Assembly (NCBI GenBank): GCA_964346995.1
Contig: CAYFXT010000004.1
Span: 1-33,059, forward strand
DNA from: an uncultured Spirochaetaceae bacterium
Lineage (GTDB): Bacteria > Spirochaetota > Spirochaetia > SZUA-6 > Bin103
Length of the DNA: 33,059 nucleotides
Direction of reading: 5' to 3'
Under the pieces are notes generated by a model, which searched no databases, was not told the origin of the DNA, and saw only the letters and a list, made by a program, of their open reading frames with translations. Every line of letters begins with the position of its first letter. The stretch's first letter is position 1. Both the position numbers and the translations under genes were made by a program. Below are positions 1 through 9,743 of the stretch, one piece after another.

Positions 1-1
1 C

Positions 2-223
2 AGCGACGCCGCCGTGAACGGCACCGCCGGGCAGATGGCAGACGCCGCGACGATGGCGGGCTCTGCCGTGCCACAGAACCTCGGTCCCGGCGACACCTGG
101 CTGGCGGTGGTCGGGGCCGCCGGCGAGCACCGCCATCACCTGGGCATCGGCGTGCGCGGCCAAGTGGACCGCCGCCGTGCCGCGGTCGCGGCGCTCAGCC
201 TGTTGCGCCGCGCACTGCTATGA
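2..223 (+). CDS. 3' end of a gene cut by the window edge; CinA/PncC C-terminal-like
   Basis: Open frame from the window edge ending GDTWLAVVG...DRRRAAVAALSLLRRALL*, resembling the last strand and helix of CinA C-terminal domains. Confidence 0.5.
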   Translation, partial: SDAAVNGTAGQMADAATMAGSAVPQNLGPGDTWLAVVGAAGEHRHHLGIGVRGQVDRRRAAVAALSLLRRALL

Positions 224-279
224 GCCGGCGTGCATCGCTTCACCGTGGCCGCGACCGACTCGTGCTACCATGCGCTGCC

Positions 280-372
280 ATGACCATTGCCAGCACGCAC
301 CGGACCGATCCGCTGAGCGCCGAGGAGATCGCAGCGTACCGTGGTACCGTATCAAGTAACTTGAGGACGTAA
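280..372 (+). pseudogene. 30-codon ORF MTIASTHRTDPLSAEEIAAYRGTVSSNLRT, possible 5' remnant of a PhyH-family dioxygenase gene
   Basis: TGnTACCAT extended -10 (263-271) 8 nt before ATG 280; LSAEEIAAYR resembles the PhyH N-terminal L-[ST]-x-E-[EQ]-I-x-x-[YF] motif; stop overlaps the next start (TAATG 370-374). Confidence 0.35.
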
Positions 373-1142
373 TGCAGGAACTGAAGGCGGGAGCGCAGCT
401 CTACACGGTGCGCGACTACACCCGCACGCCGAAGGATGTGGCGGAATCGCTGCGCAAGGTCGCCGAGATCGGCTACCGGGCGGTGCAGGTGTCCGCCTTC
501 GGTGCCATCGATCCGCGCGCGGTGGCTCGGATGGCGCAGGACCACGGCCTCGCGATCGTCGCTACCCACTTCGGCTGGGACGAGTTCCGCAACAATCTCG
601 GGCATCTCATCGAAGTGCACCAGATGTGGGGCTGCCCGCATGCGGCCATTGGCAGTCTGCCGAAGGAGTACTATGTCCCCGGCGGCGCCGTCCGCTTCGC
701 CGGCGAGCTGGCGCCGATCGCCGAGCAGCTTGCCGCCGCCGGCATCGACTTCTCCTACCACAATCACAGCCACGAGCTGGTCCGCTACGGCGCAACCACC
801 TGGTTGCAGCAGGTGTACGAGGCGGCGCCGGCGGAGCAGCTCAAGGCGGAGTTGGACGTATACTGGCTGACCGCCGGCGGCGCCGATCCGGCGCAGTGGA
901 TCAGCGACCTGGGCGCGCGCCAGCCGATCATCCACTTCAAGGACATGGCGGTGTTGCCCGACCGCACGCAGCGCTTCGCCCCGGTCGGCTCCGGCAACCT
1001 CAACTGGCCGCGCATCGTGGCAGCGTGCCGAGGCGCCGGCGTGCAGTGGGCGCTGGTCGAACAGGACCAGACCTACGGGGCAGATTCGTTCGCGGAGCTG
1101 GCAACGAGCCTGCGCTTTCTGCAAGCAATGGGAATCGGTTGA
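372..1142 (+). CDS. Sugar phosphate isomerase/epimerase, xylose isomerase-like TIM barrel (IolE-like)
   Basis: Motifs AQLYTVR, YHNHSHE, ELDVYW, HFKD, VGSGNLNW, VEQD; SD GAGG at 363-366. Confidence 0.9.
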   Translation: MQELKAGAQLYTVRDYTRTPKDVAESLRKVAEIGYRAVQVSAFGAIDPRAVARMAQDHGLAIVATHFGWDEFRNNLGHLIEVHQMWGCPHAAIGSLPKEYYVPGGAVRFAGELAPIAEQLAAAGIDFSYHNHSHELVRYGATTWLQQVYEAAPAEQLKAELDVYWLTAGGADPAQWISDLGARQPIIHFKDMAVLPDRTQRFAPVGSGNLNWPRIVAACRGAGVQWALVEQDQTYGADSFAELATSLRFLQAMGIG

Positions 1143-1221
1143 GCGTGCATTCCGTGTCGGCAGCGGGCACGAAACGGCCTGGAGCTGGCTGTGCGGAGGC
1201 AATGCCGCCCCCAGTCGGAAG

Positions 1222-1926
1222 GTGTACTCCGTGGTGACCGCGGCGATCGACCATCTGGTGTATGCGGTTCCCGAGCTGGTGGCCGGGGTACGGCAGTTGG
1301 CCGAGCGGCTCGGCGTTACCGCCGCCGCCGGCGGCAGCCATGAGGGGCGCGGCAGCCACAACGCTCTGTTCTCCCTCGGTGCGGGCACCTACCTGGAGAT
1401 CATCGCTCCCGACCCGGACCAGCCACCGCCACCGCGGCCGCGCCCGTTCGGGCTCGACGCTCTCTCCGAGCCGCGCCTGGTCACCTTCGCCGTGCACGAG
1501 GTGCGGCCTTCCGCGCTACTGCCCGTCTCCGGGCGATCTGCCCCACCCCCGCCGGCGGCTGCCGGTCAGCGTCTCCACCAGTGGCGTGAGCGGGCCGCGG
1601 CGCGCGGTTACGAACCGGGTCCGGTCGCTGCGATGAGCCGCCGCCGGCCCGACGGCACACTGTTGAGCTGGTGTCTGTGCCAGCATCCCGTGCCGCCGTT
1701 CGGCGGCGTGGTGCCGTTTCTGATCGACTGGGGCAACGCCGAGTCGCCCGCCGCCACGGCGCCGATTGGCTGCCGCTTGTTGGCGCTGGAGGTATCGACT
1801 CCGGACGCGGCAGCGGTTGGCACGGCGCTGCGTGCGCTCGGCGTTGCCGTGTGTGTGCGCAACGGCGCGCGGCCTGCGCTGCACGCCACCCTCGTTACGC
1901 CGCGCGGCACCGTCGAGCTGACCTGA
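1222..1926 (+). CDS. VOC / Glyoxalase_3-family protein
   Basis: IDHLVYAV, GGSHEGRGSHNALFSLG, YLEIIA, PFLIDWG; start may be GTG 1231 or 1234. Confidence 0.85.
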   Translation: MYSVVTAAIDHLVYAVPELVAGVRQLAERLGVTAAAGGSHEGRGSHNALFSLGAGTYLEIIAPDPDQPPPPRPRPFGLDALSEPRLVTFAVHEVRPSALLPVSGRSAPPPPAAAGQRLHQWRERAAARGYEPGPVAAMSRRRPDGTLLSWCLCQHPVPPFGGVVPFLIDWGNAESPAATAPIGCRLLALEVSTPDAAAVGTALRALGVAVCVRNGARPALHATLVTPRGTVELT

Positions 1927-2155
1927 AAGCGCCGCTCGCGCCGCGGCGGGGATGGGCAACGACTCGAACCGCCGCGCCGCTGTCGGCGGGAACGTTCGTG
2001 TCCGACGAGTCGCTCGCGGCGCTGATCTCGCTTCGAGATGGGCTGGCATTCCCACCGGCGCGCGCGGCCGGCGCCGCGGCGCAGGCGCGCGGGGCGAGCC
2101 CGAGGGTACGCGCTTCATCGTGCCGACCAGACCTGACGTTCCGCCTGCCGCTGGC

Positions 2156-3295
2156 CTACAGCGGCGCGGAGCCGGCGGCAAGGTGGTCGTTGACCACCGC
2201 CGCATCCAGTTCCACGCCCAGGCCGGGGCCCTGCGGCACGACGAAGCGTCCGCGTTCGACCAGCGGCTGTGGGCTGCGTACCAGATCCCAGCGCCACGCC
2301 ACCTGGTCGGCATGGTACGGCAGCTCCATGGTGTGCAGGTTGCGCACCGCGGCGCACACGTGTGCGCTGGCCACGAGTCCCAGCGGTGAGGTGATGTTGT
2401 GGGCGGCGAACGGCAGGTAGTGCAGGTCTGCCAGATCGGCGATCTTCTTCGCCTCCCCCATGCCTCCGGTAGCGGCCACGTCGACGTGTAGCAGGTCGCA
2501 CGCCTGCTGTTCGATCAGCTCCCGAAACCCGTCGCGCCGATAACGCCACTCCCCGGTGCAGATCGGGATCGGCGTGCTGCGTGTCACCTTGGCGATGGCG
2601 GCGCTGTTCTCGGGCGGCACCGGGTCTTCGAGAAACATGAGCCGAAACGGCTGCAGGCGTTCGGCAAGCAACAGCACGTCACGCACCTGATATATCCCGT
2701 GGCAATCGATCGCCAGATCCACACCGTTTCCCAGTGCTTCGCGCGCCGCCCCCACCAGCGCCACCATGCGTTCCAACTCCGGCAGACTCAGGCCGCGTGC
2801 CACGAGGTCGTGGCTCACCTCGTCGGCGGCGTGATCGATGTCGAACTTGATGGCGTCGAAGCCCGCGGCGGCCGCCTCGCGCGCCCGCGCCGCCCAACTC
2901 GCCGGCGTATTCTCCATGTCGATGCCGCGTCCGACGTCGGCGTAGAGGCGTATCCGATCGCGGTACGCGCCGCCCAGGAGTCGATACGCCGGTACGCCGA
3001 GCGCCTTGCCGGCGAGATCCCACAACGCCGTCTCGACTCCGCCGATCGCGCCGACCAGCATTCCGCCAGCGGAATCACCAGTCGTACGTGCCAACAGTTG
3101 GTGGTACAGCGGTTCCACATTGTCGGCGCTTTGGCCGATCAACAAGGGGGCCAGGCGGCGCTCCACCAATTCGCAGATTCCGGTTCCCGGATGCGCTTCT
3201 CCGGTTCCTGCGAGGCCACCGTCGGTCTCGATCCGTACGTAGTTCCAGACCTTGGCACCCTGGACCGAGACCGTCTTCACCGTGGTAATGATCAT
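2156..3295 (-). CDS. Mandelate racemase/muconate lactonizing enzyme family (galactonate dehydratase-like)
   Basis: Capping domain GTGEA and AIGGVETALWDLAGKALGVPAYRLLGG; metal ligands IDCH, EDP, TGE; C-terminal PQGPGLGVELD. Confidence 0.9.
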   Translation of the reverse strand: MIITTVKTVSVQGAKVWNYVRIETDGGLAGTGEAHPGTGICELVERRLAPLLIGQSADNVEPLYHQLLARTTGDSAGGMLVGAIGGVETALWDLAGKALGVPAYRLLGGAYRDRIRLYADVGRGIDMENTPASWAARAREAAAAGFDAIKFDIDHAADEVSHDLVARGLSLPELERMVALVGAAREALGNGVDLAIDCHGIYQVRDVLLLAERLQPFRLMFLEDPVPPENSAAIAKVTRSTPIPICTGEWRYRRDGFRELIEQQACDLLHVDVAATGGMGEAKKIADLADLHYLPFAAHNITSPLGLVASAHVCAAVRNLHTMELPYHADQVAWRWDLVRSPQPLVERGRFVVPQGPGLGVELDAAVVNDHLAAGSAPL

Positions 3296-3551
3296 GATTC
3301 CGCCGCCAAGCTTAGCATGCCCGGACCATGTTCGGTATCGTTTCCATTCGGAAAACTGCTTGACTTGCGCCGGTGGTGACGATAATGGTATGCATGATCT
3401 GCACGACCACTCGCGGCTTGCCGTGAGCGGCGTTGTCCGCTGCCCGACTTGGCGCAGCGGAACGCGCCACTTGGCATTCGTTCAGGCCGCTCCGGTACGG
3501 TTCGGCGAGAGGGTCCGCAACATGCAACCAAATATCCGACAGGAGGCTACC

Positions 3552-3809
3552 ATGCCAAGATTCTCAACTCGTCCCGTCAAGGAAGCCAAGGAGAAAGGCG
3601 TCACCAAAGCCGACGTCGAGAAGTACGAGGAGTACGTTGAGCGCATCGACGCAAGCTCGGTGGGTGTTCTGCGGTTTCGCGAGACCGAAGACATCAATCA
3701 TGCCCGCGAAGCTCTGCGCGCTGTCGCGGAAAAGCGGGGAACAGACCTGATCATCCGCCGTCCGCGTGGAGTAGAGAACGTCCTGGAGTTCCGCTTGAAG
3801 AACACGTAA
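3552..3809 (+). CDS. Small charged hypothetical protein (85 aa)
   Basis: AGGAGG at 3541-3546 before ATG 3552; coding-like K/E-rich composition. Confidence 0.8.
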   Translation: MPRFSTRPVKEAKEKGVTKADVEKYEEYVERIDASSVGVLRFRETEDINHAREALRAVAEKRGTDLIIRRPRGVENVLEFRLKNT

Positions 3810-3962
3810 CACGGCGATTCGGACCGCCGCCGTGGTGGGTGAGCGACTGCGGCACGTCAAGTTCGTGGCGCGGATCAGGTGCTTCGGTGCACGCCAGGCG
3901 CCTGCCGCGGTCGCAATTCCATCTCCGACGCGATACACTCCTCATACCGCGTAACTGCCGTC

Positions 3963-5303
3963 ATGTCTTCAATTTCATCGCAACTACCGGCGGCAGCATC
4001 GTTTCGGTTCGACGGCATGGCGCGCCGTCGCGACCTCGCGTTCCTGCTCATGCTGGCATGGCGAAATTTGAGCCGGCACCGGCGTCGCACCGTGATCACG
4101 ATGCTTGCCCTGGCATTCAGCGTCGCCGTTCTGATCTTCATGGACTCCATGCTCGGGGGCGTCGACCAGGAGTCTCAGCGCAACCTGATGTGGTATGAGA
4201 CCGGTTCCGGCAGGGTCGTCACGCGTGCCCAGGCGGAGGATCTCGATCAGGTCGCGCTGCGCCATGAACTGGTCGACTACCGTCCGCTTACCGTCGCTCT
4301 GAACGAAATGAGGGTGGCCAATACGCCGCGTATCAGCTTCGTCGGTGAGCTGTTTTTCGGTGAGGGCTCACTACCCGTTCGGCTGGTCGGCATCGATCCT
4401 ACCACGGACGAAAACGTATTCCGGTTGCGTGCCAGTCTGACTGCCGGCAGCGGGTACCTGGAGGCGGGCCAGCCCGGCCTGATCCTGGGCGCCTGGATGA
4501 CCGCCGACCTGGGAATCTCGGTCGGCGACATCGTGGAGGTGCGCACCCGCACCCGCCACGGTGCGATGCAGGTACTGGAACTGGAAGTGGTCGGCATTCT
4601 GCTCAGCCCCAATCCGACCGTCAACCGGGGCGTGGGCTTCCTGCCGCTCGACGTGGCACAGTACGACCTGGAGATGGAGGGCGTCACCGAGATCGTCATG
4701 GGAGCACTGCCGTCGCGGCTGGGACGGCCGGTTGCGGTTCCTGCCGGCACCTTCCTCGCTCGTGAGATCGGGCGCTTGAACGAGGAACTCGCATCGCGGT
4801 TTCCCGGAGTGGTAGTGCTGGGGTGGCCGCTGCTGGCGCGCGATTACTTGGCCCTCGTGGAGTCCAAGAACTCCAGCAATGCGGTGCTGCTGTTTCTCGT
4901 GTTTCTGATTGCGGCGGTGGGCATCTCCAATACGATGTTGATCGCGGTGTACGAGCGCATCCGCGAGTTCGGCATGATGCGCGCCCTCGGCATGGACGAT
5001 GCGTCCATCAGAGTCACGATGGTGTTCGAGGCGGGCATCATCGGGTTGTCGGGATCGCTGGCCGGACTTCTGGTGGGCGCCATCGCCACGTTCTGGCTGG
5101 TCAATTGGGGCCTGGATCTGAGCGGAATCCATGGCGCTACCACCATCGGCTATCGCGTAACGGGGGTGTTCCGCGGCGCCTGGAATCCAGGAACGATGGT
5201 GACCGCGGTGGTATTTGGCGTACTCGCAAGTATGGCGATTGCGTTGCTGCCGGCGCGCCGGGCGCTGCGCCTCGACGTCGTGCAGTGCCTTCGTCATGAA
5301 TGA
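3963..5303 (+). CDS. ABC transporter permease, FtsX/MacB/LolCE-like (copy 1)
   Basis: LAWRNLSRHRRRT, large periplasmic domain, NTMLIAVYERIREFGMMRALG, three C-terminal TM helices; alternative start ATG 4017. Confidence 0.9.
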   Translation: MSSISSQLPAAASFRFDGMARRRDLAFLLMLAWRNLSRHRRRTVITMLALAFSVAVLIFMDSMLGGVDQESQRNLMWYETGSGRVVTRAQAEDLDQVALRHELVDYRPLTVALNEMRVANTPRISFVGELFFGEGSLPVRLVGIDPTTDENVFRLRASLTAGSGYLEAGQPGLILGAWMTADLGISVGDIVEVRTRTRHGAMQVLELEVVGILLSPNPTVNRGVGFLPLDVAQYDLEMEGVTEIVMGALPSRLGRPVAVPAGTFLAREIGRLNEELASRFPGVVVLGWPLLARDYLALVESKNSSNAVLLFLVFLIAAVGISNTMLIAVYERIREFGMMRALGMDDASIRVTMVFEAGIIGLSGSLAGLLVGAIATFWLVNWGLDLSGIHGATTIGYRVTGVFRGAWNPGTMVTAVVFGVLASMAIALLPARRALRLDVVQCLRHE

Positions 5304-5503
5304 CGGCTGCGTCATGAATGAGCGACGCCGCAATGGCGCACTGCCGCCGGTGCGACTAACGACAAATGGTGTGCGGGCGTCTGGCTCCTGGTCGACCGGG
5401 CACTGGTTGACCGGGCACTGTCCGGGGCATACGTTGTCGGTGTTCGTCGCAAGGCGCGCGTGCCGCCGGGAACGCTCCGCCAGCCTTGTTTGGAGGTGAG
5501 CTC

Positions 5504-6244
5504 GTGAATTCGGCGGACCCCATTATTTCTGTCGATCAGGTCAGCAAGACATATCACAGCGGCTCCACCGAGGTGGCTGCGCTGCGCGGCGTCAGCCTGC
5601 AGGTGCAGCGGGGTGAATTCCTTGCCATTGCCGGCCCCTCCGGCTCGGGAAAGACTACCCTGCTCAATCTGATTGGCTGCCTCGACGTGGCTTCCAGCGG
5701 CGAAGTGGTCGTAAGTGGCGAGCGCGTATCGAGTCTCGACCGCAAGCAGCTTGCGCTGTTCCGACGCAACTATCTCGGTTTCATCTTTCAATCGTTCAAT
5801 CTGATACCGGTGCTGACCGCCTACGAGAACGTATCGTTCGCACTCTCCCTGATCACCCGCGATGCGAAACAGGTTCGCGCCCGCACCAAGGCGATGCTCG
5901 ACGAAGTAGGATTGGGTGCAATGGCCGACCGGCGTCCGGGGCAGCTCTCGGGAGGGCAGCAGCAGCGGGTGGCAATCGCCCGCGCATTGGTGAAGGAGCC
6001 GGACATTGTGCTTGCCGACGAGCCGACCGCCAACGTCGACTCGGAGATCGGCGAGGGGCTGCTGGAACTGATGCGAACACTCAACCGGCAGCGCTCCACC
6101 ACGTTTCTTTTTTCCACGCACGATGCCATGGTGATGGACTATGCCGACCGGCTCGTGCGGCTGCAGGACGGCCGCATTACGCACGACGAGAGGCGCCGCC
6201 CGAATCGCCCGGCGGCTGCTGCGCTGCTCCCCACGGTGGGCTGA
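5504..6244 (+). CDS. ABC transporter ATP-binding protein, LolD/MacB-like
   Basis: Walker A GPSGSGKTT, Q-loop GFIFQ, LSGGQQQRVAIARA, LADEPTANVD, STHD; GGAGGT at 5492-5497 before GTG. Confidence 0.95.
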   Translation: MNSADPIISVDQVSKTYHSGSTEVAALRGVSLQVQRGEFLAIAGPSGSGKTTLLNLIGCLDVASSGEVVVSGERVSSLDRKQLALFRRNYLGFIFQSFNLIPVLTAYENVSFALSLITRDAKQVRARTKAMLDEVGLGAMADRRPGQLSGGQQQRVAIARALVKEPDIVLADEPTANVDSEIGEGLLELMRTLNRQRSTTFLFSTHDAMVMDYADRLVRLQDGRITHDERRRPNRPAAAALLPTVG

Positions 6245-6246
6245 CC

Positions 6247-7551
6247 ATGTCTGCCGAGGCGGCCGGGAGCGGCAGCGGCGATCCCGCGTTCCTGCTCATG
6301 TTGGCATGGCGTAATCTGAGCCGGCACCGGCGCCGTACCGTGATCACCATGCTCGCCCTGGCGTTCAGCGTCACCGTGCTCATCTTCATGGACTCGATGT
6401 TGGCGGGCATCGACCAGGAGTCGCAGCGCAATCTGGTTTGGTACGAAACCGGATCGGGGCGCGTTGTCACGCATGCGCAGGCTGCGGACCTGGAGCAGGT
6501 GGCGCTGAAGCATGAGCTGGTCGACTATCGCCCGCTGGCGGCCGAGCTCACCGCACGCGGGATAGCCAATACGCCGCGCCTCACCTTCATCGGCGAGCTG
6601 TTCTTCGGGGAGGGCTCGCTGCCGATTCGGTTGGTCGGCATCGATCCGGCAACCGACGAGACGGTGTTCCGGTTGCGGGAGAGCCTGCTTGCGGGCGGCG
6701 AGTACCTGGAGTCGGGACGGCCCGGGCTGATGCTCGGCGCCTGGATGACCGAAGACCTGGGGATCGCCGTGGGTGATGTCATCGAGGTACGTACGCGCAC
6801 CCGCCACGGCGCCGTGCAGGTATTGGAGCTGGAGCTGGTCGGCATCCTGCTCAGCCCCAACCCGACCGTCAACCGAGGCATCGGTTTCCTGCCGCTCGAT
6901 GTGGCGCAGTACGACCTGGAGATGGAGGGCGTCACCGAGATCGTCATCGGCGCGCTTCCGTCGCGGCTCGGCCGCCCGGTTGCGGTCCCGTCCGGCGCCT
7001 TCCTCGCCCGGGAGATGGAGCGTTTGAACGAGGAACTCGGGGCACGATTTCCCGGCGTAGTGGCCGTGGGCTGGCCACGCTTGGCGCGCGACTTCGTGGT
7101 GCTGATGGAGACCGAGAGCTCCAGCAATGGGTTGCTGATGTTTCTCATTTTCCTGATCGCGGCGGTCGGTATCTCCAACACGATGTTGATCGCCGTGTAC
7201 GAGCGCATTCGCGAGTTCGGCATGATGCGCGCCCTGGGCATGGACGACGGATCCATCCGGACCACGATGGTGTTCGAGGCGGGCATCATCGGGTTGCTTG
7301 GATCGCTGTCCGGGTTGCTCCTGGGCGCAGCCGCCACGTTCTGGCTGGTCAATTGGGGGTTCGACCTGAGCGGTCTCTACGGCAACATCAGTGTCGGCTA
7401 TCGGGTTACCGGTCTGTTCCGCGGTGCCTGGAATCCGGACACGATGATGGTCGCGGTGGTGTTCGGAGTGCTTGCGAGCATGGCGATAGCGTTGCTGCCG
7501 GCACGCCGGGCGTTGCGCCTCGACGTGGTGCAGTGCCTGCGTCATGAGTGA
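6247..7551 (+). CDS. ABC transporter permease, FtsX/MacB/LolCE-like (copy 2, paralogue of 3963-5303)
   Basis: Same motifs; about 82% identical to copy 1 by manual count. Confidence 0.9.
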   Translation: MSAEAAGSGSGDPAFLLMLAWRNLSRHRRRTVITMLALAFSVTVLIFMDSMLAGIDQESQRNLVWYETGSGRVVTHAQAADLEQVALKHELVDYRPLAAELTARGIANTPRLTFIGELFFGEGSLPIRLVGIDPATDETVFRLRESLLAGGEYLESGRPGLMLGAWMTEDLGIAVGDVIEVRTRTRHGAVQVLELELVGILLSPNPTVNRGIGFLPLDVAQYDLEMEGVTEIVIGALPSRLGRPVAVPSGAFLAREMERLNEELGARFPGVVAVGWPRLARDFVVLMETESSSNGLLMFLIFLIAAVGISNTMLIAVYERIREFGMMRALGMDDGSIRTTMVFEAGIIGLLGSLSGLLLGAAATFWLVNWGFDLSGLYGNISVGYRVTGLFRGAWNPDTMMVAVVFGVLASMAIALLPARRALRLDVVQCLRHE

Positions 7552-7554
7552 CGG

Positions 7555-8883
7555 ATGCGCTCCGGGCAGGCGGGCGTAGCGATGAAGCTGTGGCGAATCG
7601 CCCTGCGCAACGTGGCGCGCAACAAGCGTCGTTCGCTCCTGTCCGGGACCGCCATCGCCGTGGCCACGCTGGCGGTGGTGCTGATGTTTTCGCTCATCGC
7701 CGGCATGCTCGGCGACACGGTATCGATTGCGTTGACCTACGACAGCGGCCATGTGCGCGTACGCCATGCGGAGTATGGCCGCTACGAGAGCTTGAACCCG
7801 GTGCATCTGGCAGTTACCGGCGCCGCCGCCACCCAGGCGCAACTGGAAGGATTGCCGGAAGTGGCCGCCATACTGCCGCGTGTGCGTTTCGGCGGCGCCA
7901 TCTACCGCGAAGAGCAGAACCACGGTGTGTTCGGCATCGGCCTGGATTTTGCCCGGGAGGTATCCGTGGCCGGCCGGCGTTTGCCGCGCTTCGAGCCGGT
8001 TCCCGGCGCCCCCGCGACGCTGGATGAATTTGCCCGCGCCTGGCGGCTCGAGCTGTTCGGCGGTACCCTGCCCGATCGGTCGCGGCGCGAGCTGGTCATG
8101 GCGAAGACGCTGGCCGACGATCTGGGCGTTACCGTGGGCGACAAGCTGACCATTCTGACGCGCACTGCGGTCATGAGTACTCAGGCGTGGACCTTCACCG
8201 TCAGTGGATTGGTGGGGTTTCCGGTCGGCGGATTGAGTCGGGTGATTCTGTTGCCTGTCGAGGTGGCGCAGCGCTTCCTGCAACTCGACACGGCTGACGC
8301 GGTTACCGAATTCCTGCTCTACACCCACCGGGATGATCAGGTGGAGGCTCTGACCGCCGCGGTGCGGGCCGCGCTGCAGGTCGCGCCCGACCAGGAGCTG
8401 GCGGTACAGCCGTGGACCGAGGAGAACGTGATGTATACGCTGATGCAGGCTGCGGGGCGGATCTACGACGTGATCGCGCTGGTGTTCTTTCTGCTCGCCA
8501 CGACGGTGATCGTCAACACCACGATGATGGTGGTGTATGAGCGGATGCGCGAGATCGGTACCATTGCGGCGTTGGGAATGACCGGTGCGCAGATCCTGCG
8601 CCTGTTCTTCCTGGAGGCCCTGTTCATCGGCGTGGCCGCCGCCCTGGCGGGCGTGCTGTTGGGCAGTGCGCTGGTGTTGCCGTTGTCGCAGGTAGGGATC
8701 GACTACAGCGAAGCGATGGAGGGGGTGGAACTCAACATGTCCAACGTGATCTACCCGCAGCTCAGCCTGCGCTCGACGGTGGTGGTGTTTTTCTACTCCA
8801 TCGTGATCACCGCGGTCGCCTCCTACTGGCCGACCCGCAAGGCGGCGCGGCTGCATCCGGTGACTGCGCTCCGGGCTACCTGA
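7555..8883 (+). CDS. ABC transporter permease, FtsX-like (divergent partner subunit)
   Basis: IALRNVARNKRRS, SGHVRV, NTTMMVVYERMREIGTIAALG, PTRKAARLHPVTALR; alternative start ATG 7582. Confidence 0.9.
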   Translation: MRSGQAGVAMKLWRIALRNVARNKRRSLLSGTAIAVATLAVVLMFSLIAGMLGDTVSIALTYDSGHVRVRHAEYGRYESLNPVHLAVTGAAATQAQLEGLPEVAAILPRVRFGGAIYREEQNHGVFGIGLDFAREVSVAGRRLPRFEPVPGAPATLDEFARAWRLELFGGTLPDRSRRELVMAKTLADDLGVTVGDKLTILTRTAVMSTQAWTFTVSGLVGFPVGGLSRVILLPVEVAQRFLQLDTADAVTEFLLYTHRDDQVEALTAAVRAALQVAPDQELAVQPWTEENVMYTLMQAAGRIYDVIALVFFLLATTVIVNTTMMVVYERMREIGTIAALGMTGAQILRLFFLEALFIGVAAALAGVLLGSALVLPLSQVGIDYSEAMEGVELNMSNVIYPQLSLRSTVVVFFYSIVITAVASYWPTRKAARLHPVTALRAT

Positions 8884-8963
8884 TGGCGAGGTGGCGTTCG
8901 GCGAACTCGGCGCCTCTTCCCGGAGACGGCGCCCGCACTGCGTGCAAAGTGAGGATTCCCACG

Positions 8964-9743
8964 ATGTCTGATCCCGCCCTCTGGCGCCGCGTCCGGCGCC
9001 CGCTTCGGCTGCCGGTGGTCGTCGGCAGCGTCCTGGCCGCGCTCACCGCGGCCGCGCCGCTCGCCGCCCTTACCGGCGAGGAGATCGTGCGTCGGATGGA
9101 GGTCAACGAACGCCACTCCTCGGTGGTCTCCACCGGATCGATGGAGATCAGCGACCGTTTCGGTACCCGGACGAAGACTTTCGTCTCCACCGCATCCGGC
9201 GAGGATCGATCACTAATGGAGTTCACCAACCCGGAGGAAGCGGGCCAGAAGGTGCTGCGCCTCGACGATGAGATCTATCTCTACTTTCCCGAGTCCGAGG
9301 AAGTGATTCATCTGCAAGGTGCGGCGCTGCGTGAAAGCGTCGTCGGGTCCGACTTCTCCTACGAGGACATGACCGGGTCGAGCAGCCGGCTCGACGACTA
9401 CGAGGTGGCACTGGAGGGCAGCGAGACGATCGACGGCCACGAGAGCTACCGGCTGCGCCTTACCGCCAAGCGCCGCGATGTGGTGTACCCGATTCAGGTA
9501 GTGTGGATCGATGCGGAGCTGTTCGTCACCCGCCAGGTGGAGCTGTTCTCGCGGCGCGGCCGGCCGCTGAAGCGGCTGCGTGTCTCCGAGTTCCGCGCAG
9601 TGGCCGACAAGGTGATCGCAGTGCGCCTGGAGATGTCCGATTTCATGAAGAAGGATTCGCGCACCGTATTCACGCTCGACAGCATTGCCATCGACGAGCC
9701 GCTCGACGAGGCGCAATTCTCACTGGAAGAGCTCACCTTTTGA
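8964..9743 (+). CDS. Outer-membrane lipoprotein-sorting (LolA-like) protein
   Basis: Signal peptide, FTNPEEAGQKVLR, IYLYFP, GSDFSYEDM, C-terminal FSLEEL; SD GAGGA at 8951-8955. Confidence 0.8.
   Translation: MSDPALWRRVRRPLRLPVVVGSVLAALTAAAPLAALTGEEIVRRMEVNERHSSVVSTGSMEISDRFGTRTKTFVSTASGEDRSLMEFTNPEEAGQKVLRLDDEIYLYFPESEEVIHLQGAALRESVVGSDFSYEDMTGSSSRLDDYEVALEGSETIDGHESYRLRLTAKRRDVVYPIQVVWIDAELFVTRQVELFSRRGRPLKRLRVSEFRAVADKVIAVRLEMSDFMKKDSRTVFTLDSIAIDEPLDEAQFSLEELTF

Noticed and set aside
6139-8856. 905-aa minus-strand ORF, and similar long antisense ORFs (240-1388, 12083-14467, 17998-19326, 23012-24685, 26389-27861, 30411-31472)
   Set aside because: Antisense shadows of motif-supported genes in high-GC DNA; H/R/Q-rich with no recognisable motifs
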